In this document: in pieces, positions 37,401 to 46,973 of the stretch
How the letters are laid out: each line of letters begins with the position of its first letter
Position numbering within the stretch: the stretch's first letter is position 1
From: an uncultured Bacteroidales bacterium
Lineage (GTDB): Bacteria; Bacteroidota; Bacteroidia; Bacteroidales; CAYTAU01
Direction: 5' to 3'
Assembly: GCA_964442075.1 (NCBI GenBank)
Contig: CAYTWH010000002.1
Location: forward strand, 59,565-123,564
Length of the DNA: 64,000 nt
Program-made: the position numbers and the translations under genes
Notes under the pieces: generated by a model
Told to the model about the DNA's origin: nothing
What the model saw: the letters and a program-made list of their open reading frames with translations, nothing else
Database searches by the model: none

Positions 37401-40164
37401 AAATATAGATGCTTTATTTATTGATGTTTTCGATGGAGGAACTTGGGTAGAGAACGTTTTTAATATTACATCACAACAACAAACATCAAATGCTGATGAC
37501 TGGTTACAGGCTATTGTAAATTTATCGGCATATACAAGTCTTGATAAAATAAGATTCCGAACTTTAAAGGGTAATGGTTATGATGGAGATATTGCAATTG
37601 ATGATATTAGTATTGGTGAGGCGCCCTTATTTGATATTGCTGTTATCGAACTTGTTGAACCTTTTTCAGGTTGTGGGCTAACAGCCAATGAAAACATCAC
37701 AATTAACATTGTCAATATGGGAGCCATAACACAAGACACCATAGCTTTAGCTTATTCAATTGATGGGGGTACAACAATTGTAGGTCCAGAATATTATTAT
37801 CCCGCAATTAATCCCGGAGACACTGCTACATTTACATTTAGTACTCAGGCAGACTTTTCTGTACCGGGAATATATGATGTTAGTAGTTTCATTACAGACA
37901 CCTCAGACAATAATAATTTTAACGATTCAGTATTTGCTACTCTTGAATCAAGTATTGTGATTGATGTATTTCCACACTTAGAAAATTTTGAAAATTTTAT
38001 TACCGGATCTCCGGGTACATTTGTTCATGATTGGGTTAATGAACCTATTACAGGTTATAGATGGCAGGTGAATTCTGGAACAACATCATCTTCCAATACA
38101 GGTCCAACTATCGACCATACCTTAGGAACATCAACAGGAATTTATGTTTATACTGAAGCTTCTTCCGGAGCTCTCGGAGATTTTGCATACATAACAAGTC
38201 CTTGTTTAGATTTATCAAGTATGACTGCACCAAAATTATCTTTTTGGTATCATATGTACGGATCAACCATTGATACTATTTTTATAGACGTTTTAATAGG
38301 AGGTGTTTGGATCGAGAATATCTACAACATTGTAGGACAACAACAGGCAACCTCTACAGATGATTGGTTAGAAGCAATAGTTGACCTTATTCCTTATTAT
38401 ACATTAGAAAAAATTAGATTTAGAGCAAGAAGAGGTTCTAGTTATTATGGTGATATATCAATAGATGATGTTAAAATTTATGAACCTTTACCTAACGATT
38501 TAAATGCACTAAGCTGGAATTCTCCCCTAGGATATCAATGCGTGTCTTCTGCTGAAGATATTGTTGTTGAAATCTATAACGAAGGTATAGATTATCAATT
38601 CGGATATGATGTTTCTTATTCAATTGATGGTGGAACTACATTTATAAGTGAAACTATTACAGATACAATATACGCAGGCGATACATTAGTATATACATTT
38701 GCTACACAAGCTGATTTTTCTGTATCAGGAAATTATAATTGTATTTTTATTGTGTCAAATACAGGAGATATGAATAATCTTAACGATACTATTTATGTTA
38801 CTGTTGATTTTTTTGCAATACAAATATTTCCATTTGTTGAAGATTTTGAAACATCTACAACAGGGACACCTGGTATATTTCCAAATCACTGGTCTTCATA
38901 TTCTAACTCAACTTATGAATGGTATGTTGATAATGGAGGAACTCCAACAATAAACACAGGACCTGCTTCAGATCACACAACAGGATCCAGTAGTGGAATA
39001 TACGTATATACAGAAGCAAGTAATGGAGTATCCGGTGATACAGCAATTCTTTACTTGCCATGTGTTGATATAATTAGTTATACTAACCCGGCATTGAATT
39101 TCTGGTATCATATGTATGGAAGCACTATTGATACTTTATATATTGATGTTTTTGTAGGAACAAGCTGGATAAATGGAATTTATGCAATAGGAGGGGAACA
39201 TCAAACAGCAAGCACTGATCCATGGTTAATGGCTCAAGTTGATCTTACTCCTTATATTTCTGCAACAGAAATTCGTTTCAGAGCTATTAAAGATTCCGAT
39301 TATGGCGATATTGCAATTGATGACATTAATGTTTATGAGCCATATATTGATATTGGGGTTGTCGAAATTTCGGGACCAATCTCAAGTTGTTCATTTACAA
39401 TAATGTCTCATATTATTGTTAAAGTTGAAAATTTTGGGACCTTAACAATCAGTTCAGGAGACACTATTCCAGTGGCACTTGAATTTAATGGCAGCCCGGC
39501 TATTGTAGAACCGTTTGTACTCCCTTCAGATCTTACTCCCGGAAACTCACAATTTTATATGTTTAGTGGCAATTATGACTTAACAACAATTGGCAATTAT
39601 GATATAGCTGCATACACATTATTAATTGATGATTCTGATAATAGTAATGATACAACAAGTGGTGTTATTAGTCATTATGGTAATCCTGTTGTTGACCTTG
39701 GTCCAAATATTATTACTGCTCAACCAGACACTGTGGTTTTGGATGCAGGAACAGGGTTTAGTACTTATTTATGGCAAGATGCTTCAAGTTCTCAAACATT
39801 TAATGTTTCTATAGAAGCATGGTATTATGTAACTGTTACAGACAACAATGGATGTACTGCAAATGATTCAGTTTATGTAGGAAACTCCCTATCTGTAGAA
39901 CTCCTTTCCGGCACATCAAGTTCATTAACAATTTATCCTAATCCAAATTATGGAATATTTATTATTGATGCAAAAACAGATTTTACAACTGATTGGATAA
40001 TAGAAATGATAAATGTTCAAGGTCAATTAATCTATCAAATAAAAATTGATGATGTAAGAGCGTTTAACAAAACAATTGATGTCTCTGGATTTGCTCAAGG
40101 ATTATATTACATAAAAGTTAATAATGGGAAAGAATTAATAATAGAAAAGATTGTTATTAAATAA
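34420..40164 (+). CDS. Giant T9SS-sorted surface protein with alternating CARDB-like and MAM-like domains
   Basis: 1914 aa from ATG 34420, with a signal peptide. Four units carry FE(D/N)FE..., ...W..., TGP..DHT, Y.YTEAS, SPC.D, FWYHMYG..ID.L.IDV, DW, IRFRA..G and GDI.IDD. C-terminal TIYPNPNYGIFII...GLYYIKVNNGKELIIEKIVIK. Confidence 0.85.
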   Translation: MKKSFKIFQILIVIMIISNLSFSQLITIGTGTIQNSNTVYPAPYGNWYWGAKHQFLITASEIYAAGGGPGLINSLAFDVVTVNGVALANFEILIGATSITNLTTAFESGLTSVYSSASYTEISGWNTHVFSTPFVWDGASNIVVETCFNNTSYTNNAVFNQSTTSHSSSHEYHTDASGVCTSPGTGSTYTQRPNIQLNMIPLNIPINLGVISWDYPTEFCGLPSSMHLRTKIKNWGTDTVSNFDVSYSTDGGTIWETDFVSSSIYPDDTLEHVFSATEDFSASGIYTMEFAVSIAGDTMYYNDTLHNVQISNYHNINTFPFLEDFETGSTDYFNVKHNSNANAYIYDDGISYILRLEGRNPGGWTGSSTATTATNAWIDNITHHSSALSCNIDATIMTSLELRFDLKQLYSNYGPKYSWFRVLANGTQISDINGISDFNPITVDADPWETLRFDLQAYAGTIFTLEFQASNYYDKIYSNPGDNAFVDNIILQEKPADDAGVDFLISQMSGCGVSPAEDIVIQIKNYGNNAITGFDVAYQVDGGTIVVENIGATTLNVGDTYIYTFVTKADISVSGPHTIKSWTAMVPDTDYNNDTVFENVDVHLYTSVYPFEEDYETFPVGTGTVLPNGWTLSPISGYRWQTDIGTTSSTSTGPTVDHTTGTATGVYFYTEASSGTQEDLAYLISPCLDLSPLSNPELKFWYHMYGADIDTLFIDVFIGGVWIEDIYNIGGEQQIVTTDDWLEAIIDLTPYISLDKFRFRARRGPSFNGDICIDDINIFQVFDDDLVCDEWIEPEISSCSMSANENITTSVINNGLNPASNFNLLFSTDSGLTYSAPELVTSTLNADDTLIYTFTATADFLMPGVYYCFVVVDYVNDMFNDNDTLYYVINIDTSITTFPLIEDFETFIVGTPGTFQNGWEMTNQSTYQWQVTTGTTPNASTGPTGDHTLGNGKYVYTEATNGLQGDLTFLTSPCIDISGLSVPQMTFWYHMYGANIDALFIDVFDGGTWVENVFNITSQQQTSNADDWLQAIVNLSAYTSLDKIRFRTLKGNGYDGDIAIDDISIGEAPLFDIAVIELVEPFSGCGLTANENITINIVNMGAITQDTIALAYSIDGGTTIVGPEYYYPAINPGDTATFTFSTQADFSVPGIYDVSSFITDTSDNNNFNDSVFATLESSIVIDVFPHLENFENFITGSPGTFVHDWVNEPITGYRWQVNSGTTSSSNTGPTIDHTLGTSTGIYVYTEASSGALGDFAYITSPCLDLSSMTAPKLSFWYHMYGSTIDTIFIDVLIGGVWIENIYNIVGQQQATSTDDWLEAIVDLIPYYTLEKIRFRARRGSSYYGDISIDDVKIYEPLPNDLNALSWNSPLGYQCVSSAEDIVVEIYNEGIDYQFGYDVSYSIDGGTTFISETITDTIYAGDTLVYTFATQADFSVSGNYNCIFIVSNTGDMNNLNDTIYVTVDFFAIQIFPFVEDFETSTTGTPGIFPNHWSSYSNSTYEWYVDNGGTPTINTGPASDHTTGSSSGIYVYTEASNGVSGDTAILYLPCVDIISYTNPALNFWYHMYGSTIDTLYIDVFVGTSWINGIYAIGGEHQTASTDPWLMAQVDLTPYISATEIRFRAIKDSDYGDIAIDDINVYEPYIDIGVVEISGPISSCSFTIMSHIIVKVENFGTLTISSGDTIPVALEFNGSPAIVEPFVLPSDLTPGNSQFYMFSGNYDLTTIGNYDIAAYTLLIDDSDNSNDTTSGVISHYGNPVVDLGPNIITAQPDTVVLDAGTGFSTYLWQDASSSQTFNVSIEAWYYVTVTDNNGCTANDSVYVGNSLSVELLSGTSSSLTIYPNPNYGIFIIDAKTDFTTDWIIEMINVQGQLIYQIKIDDVRAFNKTIDVSGFAQGLYYIKVNNGKELIIEKIVIK
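35377..39339 (+). repeat. Five tandem ~860-870-nt intragenic modules
   Basis: Module starts, at the P(F/L/H)(L/E/I/V)E(D/N)(F/Y)E motif: 35377, 36247, 37114, 37972, 38830 (spacings 870, 867, 858, 858 nt). The first module is divergent and lacks TGP..DHT. Confidence 0.85.
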
Positions 40165-40190
40165 TATGAATAATATAATTATTAAAAAAA

Positions 40191-40214
40191 ACCTGCAAAA
40201 TTGCAGGTTTTTTT
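40191..40214. terminator. Bidirectional rho-independent terminator
   Basis: ACCTGC (40191-40196) pairs with GCAGGT (40203-40208). It is flanked by an A-run upstream and a T7 run downstream, between convergent genes. Confidence 0.7.
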
Positions 40215-40260
40215 ATTTTCTGTTTTTGTCTCATCCTTACAAAGCAAGCTAATAAAAGAA

Positions 40261-41937
40261 TTAAAAAATATTAGCCAGTTGCTTATTCCTGTTATACTCT
40301 ATATTGTAAGAAAATTTCAAATTTTTTGTTGCTTTTGAACTTAGATCAATTTTCCATTTAAGCATTCCATTTAACTCATTATAGTTAGCATCTGCAGTTT
40401 TAATAGTTTTAATCTTAATATCTTCATTTTGTGAAACAGGTATTTGATCTTCAATGATTATATGAGTAGCTGATAATTTATTATTCTTAATTTTTATATT
40501 ATAAGTAATCTTCTTAACCACATTATTGCCTATCAATTCATATTTCATCTCTTCTTCATCTTTAGATTTTTTTCTTTCTACAACAATTCCTCTGTCTGTC
40601 CCTAAAGCTAGTTCCATTGTATCTTGCATCATACTTGTATTAATATTTGTTTTACCCACGTAAGTTCCTTCAAAATATATTGATGCTTCAGCTGGAAGCA
40701 GGTCAAGTGTACTATAGTCTGTTACTTTAGCAATTAAATATGCCTGTTTATCAACTCTAGGCACTAAATAATGATAGTATTCTGCTTTTAATTTATAATT
40801 TTTAACAGCAACTTTGTGATATTTTCCATCAGAATTTATTGAATAAGGAAGCTTAATATCATATTCAACATTTGTCATAGTTTGCTGAATTTGGGTATAA
40901 TCAGCAGACGTTAATGCCGGAGAATATTCTTGCTCAGAATAAGATAAATCTGCACAGGCAGGAGCGTCTGATTTTGCACTTAAAGCTATACCTCTTCGGG
41001 CTTTATCATCCCTAGAATTATAAGCATAAGGGTTATAATAATTCAAATATAGAACAGGAAGTAAAGGTTTAACATTACTTGCATTTGGAATAATGGTTGA
41101 AAGTTTTAATTTAACATTTTTCCAATCTTCACCGGTATTTTGATAAACATTAGCTTTATATACTAAAGTAACCGGTTTATTTGTTCCATTTACTCTAATA
41201 TCATATTCCGGAGTCCACCCTGCATTTGTAACAATATAATTAATTGTCATATTTCCACCTGTTGACACTTCACTTGAAACTGTTACCACAACCTGATGTT
41301 TTGGTTTTTGGGGTTTTACAGGGTTAACATGCTTATTATATGCATTTAATTCTGTTAGGCGTTTACTCATTCTTGTACTTATTTTTGTTAATTTAAAATT
41401 TTCTCTTTTTAAAACATTCAATTCTTTATTAATATCATTCAACTGAACTCTAAGATATTCCATCGCTTGTTTAAGTTCAGGAATTGTATCAACATTTCCT
41501 TGCATAAATTTATTTTGAAGCAATACTCTTTTTTCAAGTTCCAATACTTCTTTTTTGTTATTTAAGTCGTCAATATCAAAATTAATAAACGACAATGAAT
41601 CTGACAACAATCTGATATCTTGCAGTATTTTTTGAGGTATAACTATATTTGAAGGAGGAATTGGTTCCGGTTGTTTAATTCTATATTGAACATCAAGAAT
41701 AATGAAATTTCCGTTGCCTTTTGCCTGAATACTTTCAGTGTTTATATACGGAGAAACACCATCAAATATTAGTTCAGTTAATCCTGCTTCAATTGTTAAA
41801 CTTGCAGTTCTTTGAACTTGAGCAGTACTTAAAAATACTGTTACATTTTTTATTTTAGACTTTAAAGTCTTTTCCTTGTTAGCTAATGTTATTGAACTAA
41901 TTAATAAACATGCTATTAAAAATTGTATTGTTTTCAT
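40261..41937 (-). CDS. DUF4139/DUF4140-type protein (MuiA-like family)
   Basis: 558 aa. Signal peptide, N-terminal beta-rich region, central coiled coil (LNNKKEVLELEKRVLLQNKF...INKELNVLKRENFKLTK) and a large C-terminal domain. The family call is from overall architecture only. Confidence 0.6.
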   Translation of the reverse strand: MKTIQFLIACLLISSITLANKEKTLKSKIKNVTVFLSTAQVQRTASLTIEAGLTELIFDGVSPYINTESIQAKGNGNFIILDVQYRIKQPEPIPPSNIVIPQKILQDIRLLSDSLSFINFDIDDLNNKKEVLELEKRVLLQNKFMQGNVDTIPELKQAMEYLRVQLNDINKELNVLKRENFKLTKISTRMSKRLTELNAYNKHVNPVKPQKPKHQVVVTVSSEVSTGGNMTINYIVTNAGWTPEYDIRVNGTNKPVTLVYKANVYQNTGEDWKNVKLKLSTIIPNASNVKPLLPVLYLNYYNPYAYNSRDDKARRGIALSAKSDAPACADLSYSEQEYSPALTSADYTQIQQTMTNVEYDIKLPYSINSDGKYHKVAVKNYKLKAEYYHYLVPRVDKQAYLIAKVTDYSTLDLLPAEASIYFEGTYVGKTNINTSMMQDTMELALGTDRGIVVERKKSKDEEEMKYELIGNNVVKKITYNIKIKNNKLSATHIIIEDQIPVSQNEDIKIKTIKTADANYNELNGMLKWKIDLSSKATKNLKFSYNIEYNRNKQLANIF

Positions 41938-42038
41938 GATAAATATATTTTAATTAAAAATTCGTTTTACAATTAATAGATACAATTGCAAATAAATTTC
42001 CATAAACAATTTTTAAAAGCATGTCATTTTTGCTAACA

Positions 42039-42413
42039 TTATTTTTTCTCAGGACAACATTTTCTGTTATTCTTCTTCGACTTGTCGCAGCATTTTTTAC
42101 TTTCTGATTTTGGACAACATTTGTCAGTAATCATTTCAGCACCATAGCCACATTTTTCAAGTTCTTTTTGTAATTCACTTGCATTTGTTTTATCAGTTTT
42201 ATACGTGATAGTAACCACCTTAGATTCAACATTTGCATAAACCGATTTAACTCCTTTCGCAAATGCCATATTTTTTTCAATTTTAACTTTACAAGAGTTA
42301 CAGTTAACTTTAGCTTTAAATTTTATTTCTTTTAGTTCAGTTTTATCTTGAGCATTTATAGTATTAACTATTAAAATGCTAAGAACAATTGCAATAATTT
42401 TTAGTGTTTTCAT
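42039..42413 (-). CDS. Secreted heavy-metal-associated (HMA) domain protein with CCP-repeat tail
   Basis: Signal peptide MKTLKIIAIVLSILIVNTINAQ. HMA-like fold with a CNSC metal motif. C-terminal DKCCPKSESKKCCDKSKKNNRKCCPEKK. Confidence 0.75.
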   Translation of the reverse strand: MKTLKIIAIVLSILIVNTINAQDKTELKEIKFKAKVNCNSCKVKIEKNMAFAKGVKSVYANVESKVVTITYKTDKTNASELQKELEKCGYGAEMITDKCCPKSESKKCCDKSKKNNRKCCPEKK

Positions 42414-42439
42414 AATTTAAAATTTTAATTTGTTAAACA

Positions 42440-44653
42440 TTAATTAATATTAAATCTTAGACCCAAATAGAATTTTCTTCCTACTAAAGGGCCCCAGATC
42501 ATTGACGAATCGAAATATTTTCCAAATGGATCATCAGATGCAATAATTGGGTTATCTAGAGTAAAGTCAGTTAGGTTTTCAACTCCAAAATAAATATTCC
42601 ATCTTTTATAAAATTTGGTAATTTGTGCATTCATAATTATGTATGCAGGATAAGTATCAGCTCTTTGATATTCGTCGGGATTATTTGCTGTACTTGGCAA
42701 CCTTCCGTCTCCATTCAATTGTGTAGTCCAGTCAAATTGCCACTTTTTTAAATTTGTTGCATACGACATTGTTAGTAGACCTTTATATTTATTGACTAAA
42801 GGTTTATCAACTAACTCATCATCTATAGTTATTTTAACATCTGTTAAACGGTATGCAACTACAATATCAAGCCTTTTAATTGGTTCAAAAATTATCTCAA
42901 TCTGAGCACTATTAGAATATGATGTACCTTTAAGGTTATAAAAATATGCTTTTGAAATATCCTTATCCATATCTAAAACCAATTGATTTACAAAATCAGT
43001 TCTATAGAATTCTGCATTTATTATAATGTCACGCTTTTTTAAAGGTATTGTCTGATTTATTGATAATCCATAATTCCATGCTTCTTCTTGCTCAATATTT
43101 TCAAGAATTTCTATGCTTCGTGAACTCAAAAGCACATGACTATTTTCAGATATAAGGTTTGGAGTTCTATAGCCTTTCCCGGCAGATGCCCGAATTATTG
43201 TAAGAGTATTAAGATCATATTTAAAATGAAATCTCGGAGTTACAAAACCGCCAAACATATTGTGATGATCGTACCTTATTCCTGCCATAAATGTATATTT
43301 ATGAGGAATTGCATGCGTGTATTCAAAATATGCTCCCGGAACATGCTCAGTTCTTAAAAATGAAGTGTCATTTAAATACTCTACATAATCATCATATAAG
43401 TAACTGATTCCGGTTGTATACGCATGACTTGTTTTTCCAATGTATGATTGAAAAAGTGTATTAGCACTATATGACTTTTGTTTTCCCGAATAGTTATTTA
43501 ATCCAAAATATGATGACTGATTAAAGTTTGTAAAGGAATGAATTATTGCAAGACTTGTAATTGGTCTTGAAAAAATAATACCTGCTTTATGAAAAACCTC
43601 AAAATTTAACGAATTAATATTAACACCATATCCATTTTCAATATCTCTTGATTTTGATGAGTCAAATTTCATTTGACCACTCATTCTTTCTTCATCAAGA
43701 ATTTTTACACCAAACTGAGTCATAAACTTATCTGGAACGTAGAATTTCCACCTATTGATAAAGTTATGCTGTTCTATAAGAGGGTGGTCTAAAAAACCAT
43801 CTTTGTTAAAATCATTCTTTACGCTGTTTTTTTCTGTATGGGCAAGAATCATGGTGCTCCATTTTTTGTTTAATTCAACTCTTGTATTAGCATTAGCTTC
43901 CATTTTTCCTTTGTCACTTGCCAAGGCATTTAAGTAAATCCAATCTCCTTTATCAGGCTTTTTATATTCAACATTAATTTGACCCGTAATTGATTCATAA
44001 CCGGAAGAAACTGATGCAGTCCCTTTTGAAACCTGAATTGATTCCATCCACGAGCCGGGTATATATCCAAGCCCATAAGTAGAAGATAAACCTCTGATAA
44101 AAGGAACTTTCTCTGCCATTATCTGACTATATTTTCCGGCTAAGCCAAGTAATTGAATTTGTTTTGCCCCTGTTAATGCATCAGAATAGTTTACGTCAAC
44201 CGAAGCATTGGTTTCAAAGCTTTCAGAAAGATTACAACAAGCGGCTTTTTTTAATTCTTCACCTTCAATTTTTTGTGTTTGAATAGGTTCAAGTCGTGAA
44301 ATAAAAGATGTTTGTTTTCTTTCTTCAACAACAACCTCCTTTAAATCAATTGAACTTTTTAATTCAATGTCAATTTTAGATGTGTTTAATTTACTTATAT
44401 CAACAGTATCTGGCTTATAGCCTATAAAACTAATAATTAAGGTTTTTTCAGAATCAGTTCTTTTTTCTATTCGATATTTACCGTCTTGGTCAGAAATCGT
44501 TCCTTGTTTTGATTCCCTCCAGAAAATATTAGCATTTTCAATTGGAATCTTCTTTTTGTTAATTACTTCAAATATTTTACCACTAATATACTCTTGAGAA
44601 TATATTGATATTGATAAAAAAATAAGAAATAAAAATATTTTAATTGTTTTCAT
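42440..44653 (-). CDS. TonB-dependent receptor
   Basis: 737 aa. Signal peptide, CarboxypepD_reg-like N-terminus (GKIFEV...IENANIFW...TISDQDGKYRI), a plug domain, a long barrel and a C-terminal aromatic end (...YLGLRFNIN). Confidence 0.85.
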   Translation of the reverse strand: MKTIKIFLFLIFLSISIYSQEYISGKIFEVINKKKIPIENANIFWRESKQGTISDQDGKYRIEKRTDSEKTLIISFIGYKPDTVDISKLNTSKIDIELKSSIDLKEVVVEERKQTSFISRLEPIQTQKIEGEELKKAACCNLSESFETNASVDVNYSDALTGAKQIQLLGLAGKYSQIMAEKVPFIRGLSSTYGLGYIPGSWMESIQVSKGTASVSSGYESITGQINVEYKKPDKGDWIYLNALASDKGKMEANANTRVELNKKWSTMILAHTEKNSVKNDFNKDGFLDHPLIEQHNFINRWKFYVPDKFMTQFGVKILDEERMSGQMKFDSSKSRDIENGYGVNINSLNFEVFHKAGIIFSRPITSLAIIHSFTNFNQSSYFGLNNYSGKQKSYSANTLFQSYIGKTSHAYTTGISYLYDDYVEYLNDTSFLRTEHVPGAYFEYTHAIPHKYTFMAGIRYDHHNMFGGFVTPRFHFKYDLNTLTIIRASAGKGYRTPNLISENSHVLLSSRSIEILENIEQEEAWNYGLSINQTIPLKKRDIIINAEFYRTDFVNQLVLDMDKDISKAYFYNLKGTSYSNSAQIEIIFEPIKRLDIVVAYRLTDVKITIDDELVDKPLVNKYKGLLTMSYATNLKKWQFDWTTQLNGDGRLPSTANNPDEYQRADTYPAYIIMNAQITKFYKRWNIYFGVENLTDFTLDNPIIASDDPFGKYFDSSMIWGPLVGRKFYLGLRFNIN

Positions 44654-44743
44654 TTTTCTAATTATTTACAAAAATTCATAAATTTCTTCTACGCAAAGCA
44701 CTACGTACTATGCTAACTCGTGAAAATTACAAACAGTAAATAA

Positions 44744-45193
44744 TCAAATAAGAAAATTGTTATATAAAATATTAAGATTGGGTGGTTTTAATTTTCCCGG
44801 CGGGAAAATATTTTGAAAATTATGTGTTAAATTTTGAGATTTGTAATTATTAATGAATATAAAATATAAAATAACCGGAAGTTTTTCAATTTTGAAGTTT
44901 GTGTGGTTATTTGATACTTCAAAAGAATTTTCAATTTTAAAATATGATATTTCATTTTTACATGTATTCGCCTTACCGTCAGGATGCTCCCCGATGGCAT
45001 GTCCGCAACATGTTTCACCATGACATTCATAATTAGAATCATGTTCATGATGACAGTCATCACTTATGAAAAAATTAGTGGAAGAATAATCACATTCAAA
45101 GCATGAGTGATTAACCATTACTATGCCAACGGAATATGACAAGAATGCAATTAGTAAAATTGAGTTTATAAGTATGTTTGATATACTTTTCAT
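44744..45193 (-). CDS. Membrane-anchored His/Cys-rich small protein (HYC_CC_PP-like)
   Basis: 149 aa with an N-terminal TM helix, then VNHSCFECDY...DDCHHEHDSNYECHGETCCGHAIGEHPDG...FPPGKLKPP. The family name is from memory and unverified. It lies directly upstream of the TonB receptor. Confidence 0.55.
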   Translation of the reverse strand: MKSISNILINSILLIAFLSYSVGIVMVNHSCFECDYSSTNFFISDDCHHEHDSNYECHGETCCGHAIGEHPDGKANTCKNEISYFKIENSFEVSNNHTNFKIEKLPVILYFIFINNYKSQNLTHNFQNIFPPGKLKPPNLNILYNNFLI

Positions 45194-45303
45194 CAGGACA
45201 AATATACGTCAAAATTAAAATATTGGTATCATTATAAGCAAGTTTAACATTTCTTTAACATATTTGTAAAAAACATATATCTTTGTTTAATTAAATTAAA
45301 AAT

Positions 45304-45786
45304 TTGAAAACAGCATATTTATTATTAGGAGGTAATATTGGAAATACGAAAGAGTATTTTGAAAAAGCTAAACTCAATATTTTAGATTTAATTGGTGAAA
45401 TAAGCGAAGAGTCTAATATATATGTAAGTGAACCCTGGGGTTTTGAAGCTGATAAATTATTTTTAAATCAGGCATTAAAAGTTAAGACTATACTTGCATC
45501 ACAAGAATTATTAGAGAAAATAAATTTTATTGAAACCAAACATGGCAGAAAAAGAGAGTCGAAAGTTTATTCTTCACGCACTCTTGATATTGACATATTA
45601 TTCTATAATGATGAAATTATAAATGACAATAATTTAAAAATTCCCCACATTCATTTGCAAAACAGAAGGTTTGCATTAGAACCGTTAAATGAGATTGCTC
45701 CACATTTAATTCATCCGCAATTAAATAAAAATATTAAACAATTATTAGAAATCTGTAATGATAATTCGCTTGTAGAAAAACTCTAA
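45304..45786 (+). CDS. folK: 2-amino-4-hydroxy-6-hydroxymethyldihydropteridine diphosphokinase
   Basis: 160 aa (TTG start) with AYLLLGGNIGN, SEPWGF, RTLDIDILFY, IPHIHLQNRRFALEPL. Confidence 0.85.
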   Translation: MKTAYLLLGGNIGNTKEYFEKAKLNILDLIGEISEESNIYVSEPWGFEADKLFLNQALKVKTILASQELLEKINFIETKHGRKRESKVYSSRTLDIDILFYNDEIINDNNLKIPHIHLQNRRFALEPLNEIAPHLIHPQLNKNIKQLLEICNDNSLVEKL

Positions 45787-46301
45787 ATTTTAACTTTTAC
45801 AAAGATCCCAAAGAACAATGAAAAAATTACAGACCAAAGAATTACTGATATAATTAGATAAAAGATTGATTTTTTTTGATTTGGAAAATACCTTAGAATA
45901 ATAAATGTTCCTACAGGGATTGATAATAAAAATGGAGTAATGATTGAAAGACCAATTAATCCATAACTTTTCTTCGTTTTTATTATCATTTTATTTCTGC
46001 GGGTAAAAACCTTCTTTTTTTTCTTCTCTTTTTTTTCTTTTCCAAATACCTTATTAAGTGCATTGTTAGTGTTTTGTTGAGTTTTTGAGTTTATATAATA
46101 TCTTTTCCAAAATTTAATAATTAAGTTTGACAATAATGCAAAAAATAAGATGCCAAGAATACCACCTATTGATGTTAATAAAACAGTTTCTAGAAAACTT
46201 AACTTGTATTTATATAAGCATAGAGGTATAGAAAGAGCAAATTTAAAACTTGCAAATACTATAATTAAAAAAGCTTCTAATATGGAAATACCTAAAAACA
46301 A
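45783..46301 (-). CDS. Small membrane protein with poly-Lys loop, unknown function
   Basis: 172 aa with four hydrophobic segments and a central KEKKEKKKKKVFTRRNK loop. Confidence 0.45.
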   Translation of the reverse strand: MFLGISILEAFLIIVFASFKFALSIPLCLYKYKLSFLETVLLTSIGGILGILFFALLSNLIIKFWKRYYINSKTQQNTNNALNKVFGKEKKEKKKKKVFTRRNKMIIKTKKSYGLIGLSIITPFLLSIPVGTFIILRYFPNQKKSIFYLIISVILWSVIFSLFFGIFVKVKI

Positions 46302-46319
46302 ATTTAATTTCTTTAATGT

Positions 46320-46970
46320 TTACTCTTTTTCTCCATAAGCTAAATCTCCTGCATCGCCAAGTCCCGGAACAATATACGACTTAGCAGTTAATTCATCATC
46401 AATAGCACCAACCCACAAAGTAATATTGTTAAAATTTAATTTTTTCTTTAAAAAACTTATACCTTCTTTCGAGGCTATAAGCGTAACAATATGTATATGC
46501 TTTGGTTTGCCATGCTTCATTAATGCCTTATAACTTAGTTCCATTGAATAGCCACTTGCAAGCATAGGGTCAGAAATTATAAGAGTTTTGTTTTCTAAAT
46601 TAGGACAAGATGCATATTCAATTTTGATATCAAAATGTCCATCTTTTTCATATTTTCTGTATGCTGATACAAAAGCATTGTCTGCATTATCAAAAACATT
46701 TAGTAAACCCTGATGCAACGGCAGACCTGCTCTAAGTATTGTTGCTAAAACCGGTTGTTCATTTAAAATTGGTACTTTAGCAATTCCAAGAGGTGTTTGA
46801 ATATCTTGTATATCATAATTTAACTTTTTACTTATTTCATAAGCAAAAATTTCTCCTGTACGTTTCAAATTTCTTCTGAAACGCATTCTGTCTTTCTGTA
46901 TTTTTTCGTCTCTTATTTCTGCAATAAACTGATTGAAAATCGAATTTGAACTACTTAAATTAATTATCAT
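46320..46970 (-). CDS. upp: Uracil phosphoribosyltransferase
   Basis: 216 aa with ILRAGLPL, the PRPP motif LIISDPMLASGYS and C-terminal YIVPGLGDAGDLAYG. Confidence 0.9.
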   Translation of the reverse strand: MIINLSSSNSIFNQFIAEIRDEKIQKDRMRFRRNLKRTGEIFAYEISKKLNYDIQDIQTPLGIAKVPILNEQPVLATILRAGLPLHQGLLNVFDNADNAFVSAYRKYEKDGHFDIKIEYASCPNLENKTLIISDPMLASGYSMELSYKALMKHGKPKHIHIVTLIASKEGISFLKKKLNFNNITLWVGAIDDELTAKSYIVPGLGDAGDLAYGEKE

Positions 46971-46973
46971 TTT

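Noticed and set aside
34578-39814. Track ORFs inside or antisense to the giant T9SS gene (34578..34814, 34754..35011, 36086..36316, 36155..36358, 36756..36977, 39626..39814)
   Set aside because: They overlap a continuous 1914-codon frame that has strong repeated domain signatures.
44827-45063. 78-aa alternative-frame ORF within the His/Cys-rich protein gene
   Set aside because: It is on the same strand, nested in the longer ORF that has a TM anchor and metal-binding motifs, and it has no independent support.
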